A stretch of 64,000 nt of DNA from an uncultured virus (IMG/VR IMGVR_UViG_3300034105_004634) (lineage: Duplodnaviria; Heunggongvirae; Uroviricota; Caudoviricetes), in the IMG/VR virus record IMGVR_UViG_3300034105_004634; one strand, 5' to 3'. Below, one piece after another: positions 57,275 through 64,000 of the stretch (positions within the stretch are counted from its first letter, which is position 1; the number at the start of each line of letters is the position of its first letter). The translations under genes and the position numbers were made by a program. The notes beneath the pieces are model-generated. The model made no database searches. It had not been told where the DNA came from and saw only the letters and a list, made by a program, of their open reading frames with translations.

Positions 57275-57700
57275 TTATCTATAGTCTCCTCTAGCCTCTT
57301 TTCTTCTGATATATTGCCAAAGAAAATTTAATCCCTTGGAATAATCCTTAGCTGTTTTAAATGGCGATTGGAATTTTTTTATATCGTTACCGTTTCCTTC
57401 TTTTACTTCCTTAGATTTTATTGGATTATATCTTCTTACCGTTCCTGACGGATGTATAGTATAGAAAATGTCACCATGTCCAAGTTCTTTTTGTTTTTTT
57501 ACACTTCTAACAAACTTAAGCGTGTTATTAAGCTCCTGTTGATGGGAAGTGTCCTCATCAAATCCAAGGGACAATAGCCTCCTATATTCCCTAGATTTTC
57601 TTACTCTGTCTAATTCAATTTCCCTTCTATATTCGGTTTTATATTCATATTCGGGTGAATATGATTTAAAATCCAGAAGATGTTTCATCTGCTTTTTCAT
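57275..57700 (-). CDS. Hypothetical protein, capsid-targeting-like N-terminus
   Basis: MKHLLDFKSY. Confidence 0.7.
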   Translation of the reverse strand: MKKQMKHLLDFKSYSPEYEYKTEYRREIELDRVRKSREYRRLLSLGFDEDTSHQQELNNTLKFVRSVKKQKELGHGDIFYTIHPSGTVRRYNPIKSKEVKEGNGNDIKKFQSPFKTAKDYSKGLNFLWQYIRRKEARGDYR

Positions 57701-57701
57701 C

Positions 57702-58070
57702 CTACTTATCAGAAAGCCAGTCTCTATAATCCTTAAGATTCGATAGATTCTTTTTACCTTTTTTTATTTGTTTTGAATCTGGATCCAAAAATGGAACTAT
57801 CTTACCTGGTCCCTTAGGTTGAAACTTTGGAATTGTTGGGGATCCGACAGGTTCAAGACTAATAGGAAGATCCATCTCGTCAACATGATCAGGAAGTTTC
57901 TTATGCTTAGTTGATGCATAAGCTTTGAGCTCTTTCTCGGTCATACTCTTTGATAATTTTACTATTTCGTCTCTATATTTCGGATCAAGATCGGATGGTG
58001 ACAATTCGCCAATCCTAATTGCATACGCTTGTCCAAAAAGTGCTTGTTGTGCTTTACTTACTGCTGACAT
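57702..58070 (-). CDS. DUF3008-like protein
   Basis: AVSKAQQ...MTEKELKAYASTKHKKLP. Confidence 0.65.
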   Translation of the reverse strand: MSAVSKAQQALFGQAYAIRIGELSPSDLDPKYRDEIVKLSKSMTEKELKAYASTKHKKLPDHVDEMDLPISLEPVGSPTIPKFQPKGPGKIVPFLDPDSKQIKKGKKNLSNLKDYRDWLSDK

Positions 58071-58073
58071 CGA

Positions 58074-58352
58074 TTATTTTATTTTTTTCCATTTTGGTTG
58101 AAATTGATCTACCATCGCTGAATGTATAAGCTGTGGAGTATTTGATTTATACCATTTATTTATAACGTATATGTAATTATCCATATTTCCTGCAGGTATT
58201 ATCTCAACAACATCATATTTCTTTGATACTTCACCGTGCATTGGCTCAGTAATAATTTCACCTATAACTTCCATCTTTGTTACGTCACCGCCACTATATC
58301 TGGGCACGATATCCTCATTCAAAAAAGAAACAAATGATTTTACATTTCTCAT
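58074..58352 (-). CDS. Hypothetical protein, capsid-targeting-like N-terminus
   Basis: MRNVKSFVSFLNE; start moved to 58352, after GATATATA at 58357-58364. Confidence 0.7.
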   Translation of the reverse strand: MRNVKSFVSFLNEDIVPRYSGGDVTKMEVIGEIITEPMHGEVSKKYDVVEIIPAGNMDNYIYVINKWYKSNTPQLIHSAMVDQFQPKWKKIK

Positions 58353-58370
58353 AGTGTATATATCAAACAA

Positions 58371-58400
58371 AAAAAGGACTTATAAATATAAGTCCTTTTT
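58371..58400 (-). terminator. Intrinsic terminator
   Basis: AAAAAGGACTTAT-AAAT-ATAAGTCCTTTTT. Confidence 0.7.
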
Positions 58401-58640
58401 CTTTTTTTCCCATTCGTCATCTGACATTGGTTTCTTATTAAGATCCCAATTTGTATCCGGATTGATTATCTTCTTCTTCTTTTTATACCAATCTCCAAAT
58501 GTCCATATAAATCTATTATATCCCTTACCTACAGTAGCAAATCCAGTGTCCCCTGGTTGTATAGCTATTGGAGATTGTGGCGGAACATAGGAGCTGGTAT
58601 CTGCTGATTTAGATTGAGTCTTCGTATCTTTCTTTGTCAT
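58380..58640 (-). CDS. Hypothetical protein
   Basis: 86-aa ORF. Confidence 0.65.
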   Translation of the reverse strand: MTKKDTKTQSKSADTSSYVPPQSPIAIQPGDTGFATVGKGYNRFIWTFGDWYKKKKKIINPDTNWDLNKKPMSDDEWEKKKKDLYL

Positions 58641-58842
58641 ATATGACTGTTTCTATTTTTGTTTTTGTAACCTGGATGGTTTCAAAAGCTCCTAGTGTTC
58701 CCTCCATATAAGACGCAACTTTCGTTTCCACGTCTAATACAGATTCTGCTGAAACTAGGAATTGAGATATAGTATAAACTGGATCTCCATTCTTTTTAAC
58801 TTCTCCTGATTCAAATCTTACTTTTGCTAAGTAGTAGCTCAT
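58609..58842 (-). CDS. DUF4494-like protein
   Basis: YLAKVRF...FLVSAESVLDVETKV...TKIETVI pattern. Confidence 0.6.
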   Translation of the reverse strand: MSYYLAKVRFESGEVKKNGDPVYTISQFLVSAESVLDVETKVASYMEGTLGAFETIQVTKTKIETVIYDKERYEDSI

Positions 58843-58867
58843 GTTATGTTTTTTTAAAAATTAATAA

Positions 58868-59047
58868 TTAAGCCTCTTTGTTTTTAGTGTCTTGCACTTC
58901 AGTTCTTACTTCTTGTGCAAGTGCTTTTAATTCCTGCATAGCTTTTCTAACTCTAGTACCAGCTGCACTATTTCCTTTACTGAAGAATTTTTCAGCATCA
59001 CCTTGTGTTTGCTCTAATAGAGCCTTAATTTGTTCGAATTTTTCCAT
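58868..59047 (-). CDS. Histone H1-like (Hc1-type) small DNA-binding protein, 59 aa
   Basis: MEKFEQIKALLEQTQGDAEKFFSKGNSAAGTRVRKAMQELKALAQEVRTEVQDTKNKEA; missed by the track (<60 aa). Confidence 0.85.
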   Translation of the reverse strand: MEKFEQIKALLEQTQGDAEKFFSKGNSAAGTRVRKAMQELKALAQEVRTEVQDTKNKEA

Positions 59048-59099
59048 TTTAATTTTAATTTTAATTTATTATTATACAAGATTTTTTTAAAAAGTTCCC

Positions 59100-59645
59100 T
59101 TATCTGCTTATAATTAATGATTTTTTGCTAGATCCTTCCTGAACTGACCAATTTTTACCAAGTTGTGATAAACATATGGATTTCATATATTCAATATATT
59201 CTCCCTTACCCTTATAAACCAGATTATTCTGGATCTCGTCATATATTCGGGTAACCTTAGAATTTAGAGAAAGATAATCAAGAACGCATTTGAATGTATG
59301 TTCCATTAATCTGGAAAGCTCATTACCATCGAGTATAAATTCGGTTGAATCGGGTGCTGGTATATCCTCCTTATTGATAGCAATATCCTCGATAAGTTCA
59401 TGACCCACTTGATTTATATTAAGAACGCAATAGGAATTTTTAGCTCCGTCTATAGGTTCATTTTCCGAATATTTTCCTATGATAAGGTGGTAACCCATTT
59501 CATACTCCTCATCCTCGCTATCAAGACTAAAGAAATAGTGGTATATGTCACCCACCTTTTTCATCAGAAATTCTGAAGTACCAAACCCATCACTTTCATT
59601 AACTGGGTTTGTAAATTGATCAAACGTTTCAATAAACTTTTGCAT
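59100..59645 (-). CDS. Hypothetical protein, capsid-targeting-like N-terminus
   Basis: MQKFIETFDQFTNPVNES. Confidence 0.7.
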   Translation of the reverse strand: MQKFIETFDQFTNPVNESDGFGTSEFLMKKVGDIYHYFFSLDSEDEEYEMGYHLIIGKYSENEPIDGAKNSYCVLNINQVGHELIEDIAINKEDIPAPDSTEFILDGNELSRLMEHTFKCVLDYLSLNSKVTRIYDEIQNNLVYKGKGEYIEYMKSICLSQLGKNWSVQEGSSKKSLIISR

Positions 59646-59649
59646 TTTA

Positions 59650-61683
59650 TTATTGGTTATTTTTTATTATCTCTTGTGTTTCGGATTCAGCTACAAGGTT
59701 GGAATCATGAAAAATAATTTCTTCCTCCTCCTTAATACCATTTCCTCTTTGTGCATCTATTAAAGAATTATACACATTAGCAACCGCTTGTGGTACTAGT
59801 TTTTTAAATCCCGTATAATCCTCAGATTCTATTTTTTTCCTAACGTCGCTTCCGCTCGATGATCTTTTTGTTTGAATTATCTTTATATCGTCTGGAAAAT
59901 CACCACCTGTCTTTTTAAGATATTCCGCTTGCTTATTGTAGTCTTCTATCCTATCGTCACCAGCTGCTATGCTTTTAGTTAGAAATCCATATTCCTTAGC
60001 TTTCCCATATATGGGTCCAAGAAGGCCTCTATTAACAACAAAATAACCAGATATTTTTCCAGGATTATCCCTTACAATTCCCTCCATATAGCGTGATATT
60101 AATTTTTCGTCATATGGGGATTTGCCTGATTTGTTATGTCCAGGATGAACAACCGCAATTATACTAGGAAGATCATTTTCCTTGTATAACTGATCAACCA
60201 TTTTCATGTGTCCATTATGGAAAGGTTGGAATCTACCAACAAGCAAATTAACAGGTTCCAATTTGTTTTTATCAGTTTCACCTTCCTCCTTTATTTCTTT
60301 CGATTTATCTTTTTTAGTGGTATCAATAGTCTCCAGTGTGGAAATAAATTCATTGTATGAATAGAAAGGATCATCTACATCCTCTAATTCATCGCCGGAT
60401 TCATCTAATTCTGAAGTTACATAATCTATTTTCTTAGAAGATAAATTACTTTTCTTAAAATCCATGAATGATGGTACAGACTCAGATTCTTGTATACTTG
60501 GTTTTCTATTATCAGTAACAATTCTTTCTATGTTACTAACTACTATATTGAATTGATCTATTATGCCAGTAGTTATTATTCCGCTAGCTCTTTTTCTTAT
60601 CTTTCTGAATGAATTAAGCATGAGCTTAAACAATGACTCGTAGGAGTCATCAGTGTCCAGATATTTAAGGACTCTTTTATCCTTTATCATATCCAGATTA
60701 AGTCTAAATTCATCCTTCCTTAAGTAATCGGGTTCTTGAAAATCCGCTCCTCTGTATTTATATGCATATTCACCGAGAAATTTAACAAAAACATCAGAAA
60801 TAAAGGAGATGTATCTCTCATCATCAGTATCACCAGAAACATTAAAACTTTCAACGCCCTCCTCGAGTATAAAATTCATTATGTCCATTATGGTAAGGCC
60901 CAGAAAATCACTAGGCTTTTCCTCTGATTTTTTATTATATTTTTCCTTGGCCATCTCGGTAAAAACAGGATCGACCATTTTTGATAATATAGGTTCTTTA
61001 CCATTATCGCCCTCTCCAAATCTGAAAACTATACCCTCTATTGGTTTATCGAGATCATTATTAAGAGCACTCGTTTTAGCTTCCGGATTAAGAACACCTA
61101 TTATGTACCTAACAAAACTTTTTGTTTTAAATTCCGATACAAGATCACCAAAGGGGGTTCTAAGAAAATCAAGTATCTGATTTTTCTGATCATCAGTTAG
61201 CATACCCTGAAATACTATAGGTGGTCTTTCCACGCCAAGTATATCTGCCCAATTATTTAGCTGTTCCTGATCCTGTATAGTGGATGCTGGTTTACCGTTA
61301 TCGTTCTTAGTGTGGACATAAGACAATATAAGATTATTCTTTGGTAATCTATCATATGCTATTTCAACCGGCTGATTATTGGAAAAATACTCAAGTCCAA
61401 ATCTCCATCCTCTTGGGATCTCTCTAAGAATATGAGGGGGTAAGGACTCTATATAGTTTATTGGTTTTTCGTAATATTTCATTAATGTACGATCAACAAG
61501 AGTTATAGGATATCTCTGATCCCTCTTATAAAAATTAAATCTACCGGTTTCAATGTTTCTCTCAAAAACAAAAGCGGAACCATCCATTTTCTCATTAATA
61601 GTCACATAGGAGTTAAAGAGATTATCAATAAAATCTTTACCCTTTTTGTTATAAATATCATATAAATGACTAATTCCTGCCAT
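59650..61683 (-). CDS. Fusion of an ATP-dependent (RNA) ligase-like nucleotidyltransferase and a HIGH-type cytidylyl/adenylyltransferase
   Basis: N-terminal INEKMDGS (KxDG), GLEYF, IEGIVFR, SKMV; C-terminal GRFQPFHNGH, AGDDR, SGSDVR. Confidence 0.75.
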   Translation of the reverse strand: MAGISHLYDIYNKKGKDFIDNLFNSYVTINEKMDGSAFVFERNIETGRFNFYKRDQRYPITLVDRTLMKYYEKPINYIESLPPHILREIPRGWRFGLEYFSNNQPVEIAYDRLPKNNLILSYVHTKNDNGKPASTIQDQEQLNNWADILGVERPPIVFQGMLTDDQKNQILDFLRTPFGDLVSEFKTKSFVRYIIGVLNPEAKTSALNNDLDKPIEGIVFRFGEGDNGKEPILSKMVDPVFTEMAKEKYNKKSEEKPSDFLGLTIMDIMNFILEEGVESFNVSGDTDDERYISFISDVFVKFLGEYAYKYRGADFQEPDYLRKDEFRLNLDMIKDKRVLKYLDTDDSYESLFKLMLNSFRKIRKRASGIITTGIIDQFNIVVSNIERIVTDNRKPSIQESESVPSFMDFKKSNLSSKKIDYVTSELDESGDELEDVDDPFYSYNEFISTLETIDTTKKDKSKEIKEEGETDKNKLEPVNLLVGRFQPFHNGHMKMVDQLYKENDLPSIIAVVHPGHNKSGKSPYDEKLISRYMEGIVRDNPGKISGYFVVNRGLLGPIYGKAKEYGFLTKSIAAGDDRIEDYNKQAEYLKKTGGDFPDDIKIIQTKRSSSGSDVRKKIESEDYTGFKKLVPQAVANVYNSLIDAQRGNGIKEEEEIIFHDSNLVAESETQEIIKNNQ

Positions 61684-61706
61684 AATTACCTTCTTAATGT
61701 TTATTA

Positions 61707-62642
61707 TTATATTCTATTAACCTCAGTAGGTATTTCTAGTCCAACCCTCTGTAAAAATTCCAGAAATCTCTCCCTTATTTCCGGTAATTTATCCTTTAAT
61801 TCAAAATCGGGAGAAATTATTATATTAAATAGTTGTTCAAATGTTTTAACATCATCAGTTGTATAACTCTTACCCAATGCAAAATCTATAAATTCCTGAG
61901 GATCATTAGTAACAAATCTTTCGCTACCTTCTATCTTCTTGGGATTTTTTAGTCTATCCTTTATCTTTCCCTTATATGATTTAGTATGCCAGAATAGTCC
62001 ATCACTCAATATTAAAACCGGTGTATTGTAGTCCAATATCTCCCCAGCCTCGTCTCTGTCCATTATTTCCTTTCTTGATGATAATATAGCTGCCAATAAC
62101 CAATTTCTATGAGCCGATTTATATTTACTCTCACCTATTTTGTAATTTGGAGAATAGTATATAAAATCTGCCCATTTCATATCTGATAACGGTATAAGAT
62201 CTAGCTGAACTATACCCTTACTAGGGTCACCCTCTATCGGCCAGCCGATGCTAACTATATTAAGACCTTTAAGATAATTTATTTCAGGAACAAATCCCAA
62301 TACGGGCTCGATTTCTTTTTTTAATTTATCAAAAATAAAACCAGAGCACTCTTTTTTTTCTATACCATTAGATTGCGAGTACCAGATTGCATCATACCCA
62401 ATATCAAGATCACCCGAAGTATCATAAGGATTTTCTTTCTTGCCTATACTTCCAATAACAACATATTGCTCATTTAGTATAGCTGATTCCATACCAATAA
62501 GCGGGAAAAGTTTTTTCTGTATACTTTTTAAAGTTTCAGGAAATTCATCCTCTCTTATTCGTCTAGATGTCTTTATTGCAGCTCCTCCCTCAAATAGGGA
62601 ACTAAAAGTAGAAAAATTTAGAATACTCTTGCTCATAAGCAT
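61707..62642 (-). CDS. Pol-beta-superfamily nucleotidyltransferase-like protein
   Basis: IGSIGKK....SGDLDIG, VQLDL; N-terminal ILNFSTFSSLFEGG. Confidence 0.65.
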   Translation of the reverse strand: MLMSKSILNFSTFSSLFEGGAAIKTSRRIREDEFPETLKSIQKKLFPLIGMESAILNEQYVVIGSIGKKENPYDTSGDLDIGYDAIWYSQSNGIEKKECSGFIFDKLKKEIEPVLGFVPEINYLKGLNIVSIGWPIEGDPSKGIVQLDLIPLSDMKWADFIYYSPNYKIGESKYKSAHRNWLLAAILSSRKEIMDRDEAGEILDYNTPVLILSDGLFWHTKSYKGKIKDRLKNPKKIEGSERFVTNDPQEFIDFALGKSYTTDDVKTFEQLFNIIISPDFELKDKLPEIRERFLEFLQRVGLEIPTEVNRI

Positions 62643-62643
62643 A

Positions 62644-63195
62644 CTATCTTTTCTTGGAGGTTTTTTTGTAATAGGTATTCATTATATCTTTAAGATAATC
62701 CCTATATATTTCTTGCTCCTTATCTTTAGGCTCAAGAGGAGTAAATTCATCACCAAAATATTTTTTACCTCTGAGAACTCCAGATCTATAAAATTCCTCT
62801 GCGTCTTTATCGGAAACATTTCTGTTTTCTATATTCTCAGACTCCCATTTTTTTATAATTTCATCTTTTCTTCTCTTGATTTCATCCTTATCGAGTTCCT
62901 TCCAGGATTTGGTATCCTCACCTGGTGAAAGAAAATCTACAATAGCAGCAGTTCCTTTAGCAAGTCCCTTAATTAATAAAGGTATAGCCATAGAAGCACT
63001 TTTTAATGTGGACATGTTATCAGGAGCATCCGAATAATAACTGGTATATTCACCATCACCCACCCCTATCTTTTCACCAATACCTCTAAGCCATCTAGTA
63101 AATGATGTTTTTCCATGAGTCTCGTAATATTGGTTACCGTGATATGACTCCTGCATATTGGATTCGTTAAATTCAGTAAAAGATTTTATTCCCAT
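62644..63195 (-). CDS. Hypothetical protein, capsid-targeting-like N-terminus
   Basis: MGIKSFTEFNES; GATATATA at 63215-63222. Confidence 0.7.
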   Translation of the reverse strand: MGIKSFTEFNESNMQESYHGNQYYETHGKTSFTRWLRGIGEKIGVGDGEYTSYYSDAPDNMSTLKSASMAIPLLIKGLAKGTAAIVDFLSPGEDTKSWKELDKDEIKRRKDEIIKKWESENIENRNVSDKDAEEFYRSGVLRGKKYFGDEFTPLEPKDKEQEIYRDYLKDIMNTYYKKTSKKR

Positions 63196-63233
63196 TAGTT
63201 AAAAAATGTTTTTCTATATATCCTCAATATAAA

Positions 63234-64000
63234 TTAAAGTTTAACGTTATATAATCTATATTCAAAACCTTCCTTCTTATAAATTTCTATCCTCTCAAGA
63301 CTATGCTTAGTCAGATAACTTTTATACTTTCCTGTACTAAAATCATCGACGAAATCTATAACATTAACTTTTTCTTTCCCCTCCATCTTACGCATACCTC
63401 TACCTAAACTTTGTTTTATAAGTATCTCGCTTTTATATGACTCAACCAGAAATATATTATGCAAGTTGTTTATTGATATACCAGTGGAGAATGTTCCATA
63501 TGTCGCAATTAGGACCTTATTAGCGCCAACTGACATTCTTCTCTTATATTCCTCTCTCAATGCTTCACTAGTGTCGCCATCGACATAAAAAGCCTCCCTA
63601 TCGCCATTAAGTTCTCTGAGAAGATTCCATATCTGCTTTCCATATTCCTCTTTCACTGATTGGAATAGAACTAAAGAATTCTTGGATGTCTTATTGATAA
63701 AATCTGTAATATAGTTCAATCTAACTCTGCTTTCTATTACCAGTTTTCTTTCCAAATTATAGATTTCATTACCCTCCACGTTATTATCGCTAAGTTTCAG
63801 ATCTGCAAGTTTGTTTTTATAAACTGGATCTAACCAATCCATAACAACCACCTTTATTGATACAGGGGTTGCATATCCATTATCAAAAAGAAAACTTGGT
63901 GGTATCTCCATAACCAAAGGACCAAGAAATTGCTGTATTGTTAGGTAATCTGCGGTTCCTTTCTTTGTTAATGTACCGGTTAGTCCAAATCTCCATTTGG
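63234..64000 (-). CDS. uvsW: UvsW-like SF2 helicase (5' part outside the window)
   Basis: Frame open to the edge: RFGLTGT (motif III), IATYGTFSTGISINNLHN, KQSLGRGMR, DFVDD. Confidence 0.88.
   Translation of the reverse strand, partial: KWRFGLTGTLTKKGTADYLTIQQFLGPLVMEIPPSFLFDNGYATPVSIKVVVMDWLDPVYKNKLADLKLSDNNVEGNEIYNLERKLVIESRVRLNYITDFINKTSKNSLVLFQSVKEEYGKQIWNLLRELNGDREAFYVDGDTSEALREEYKRRMSVGANKVLIATYGTFSTGISINNLHNIFLVESYKSEILIKQSLGRGMRKMEGKEKVNVIDFVDDFSTGKYKSYLTKHSLERIEIYKKEGFEYRLYNVKL

Larger units (their letters stand above)
13447..59097 (-). promoter_or_regulatory. Recurrent GAA(A/C)-N16-18-RTAWA motif (putative middle/phage-sigma promoter), 8 copies
   Basis: 13447-13473, 22896-22924, 25499-25527, 32274-32301, 37496-37523, 44307-44334, 54745-54771, 59071-59097. 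They precede both polymerase halves, both topoisomerase N-halves, the TS paralog and Hc1. Confidence 0.55.
5185..63222. promoter_or_regulatory. Recurrent GATATATA upstream motif (putative phage late promoter), 15 copies
   Basis: Minus strand: 5185, 18785, 19840, 24146, 30820, 36947, 42531, 44939, 49506, 53276, 58357, 63215. Plus strand: 28335, 32333, 54778. Each lies upstream of a same-strand start codon, mostly 5-30 nt away. Confidence 0.75.

Noticed and set aside
1525..62928. Numerous short overlapping ORFs in the track (e.g. 1865-2260+, 10133-10540+, 19524-19931+, 20817-21269+, 55000-55380-, 58878-59090+, 60809-61180+, 62440-62928+)
   Set aside because: They lie antisense to or in alternate frames of well-supported genes and have no motifs; treated as shadow ORFs.
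1..64000. Stop-codon reassignment (e.g. TAG recoding) making the split genes contiguous
   Set aside because: Genes are full length in code 11, ThyA ends at its normal C-terminus with TAG, and all IntC ORFs are out of frame with the endonucleases.

Overview
AT-rich, gene-dense segment of a large T4-like (jumbo) bacteriophage genome, mostly coded on the minus strand in the standard genetic code. The host is probably in the Bacteroidota: there are TAnnTTTG promoters, a Gly-initiated tmRNA tag, and Hc1-like and DUF4494-like genes. The window carries replication, nucleotide-metabolism and repair genes (split family-B DNA polymerase, probable sliding clamp, type IIA topoisomerase subunits, NrdA/NrdB, ThyA, DHFR, gp56-like dCTPase, UvsW-like helicase, Fpg/Nei, UvsE, MBD4-like glycosylase, RNase HII), DnaJ, a cyclophilin, a tmRNA and many small hypothetical ORFs. 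The main result is four 'fractured' genes: a radical SAM enzyme, topoisomerase A-type subunit, topoisomerase B-type subunit and NrdA. Each is cut into an N-extein+IntN ORF and an IntC+C-extein ORF, with a free-standing homing endonuclease between them, giving four naturally split inteins in about 48 kb. The radical SAM intein sits inside the CxxxCxxC cluster-binding motif. The topoisomerase B intein has a duplicated block-B region and reversed fragment charges. Three classes of recurrent upstream motifs are visible, and every intervening endonuclease has its own GATATATA motif. Also seen: a probable cytosine-modification pathway, enzymes carrying T4 capsid-targeting-like peptides, a mini-protein resembling the Gol region of gp23, a GH12 glycoside hydrolase and a family of UVR-like mini-proteins. 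All calls come from reading motifs by eye; no database searches were run.
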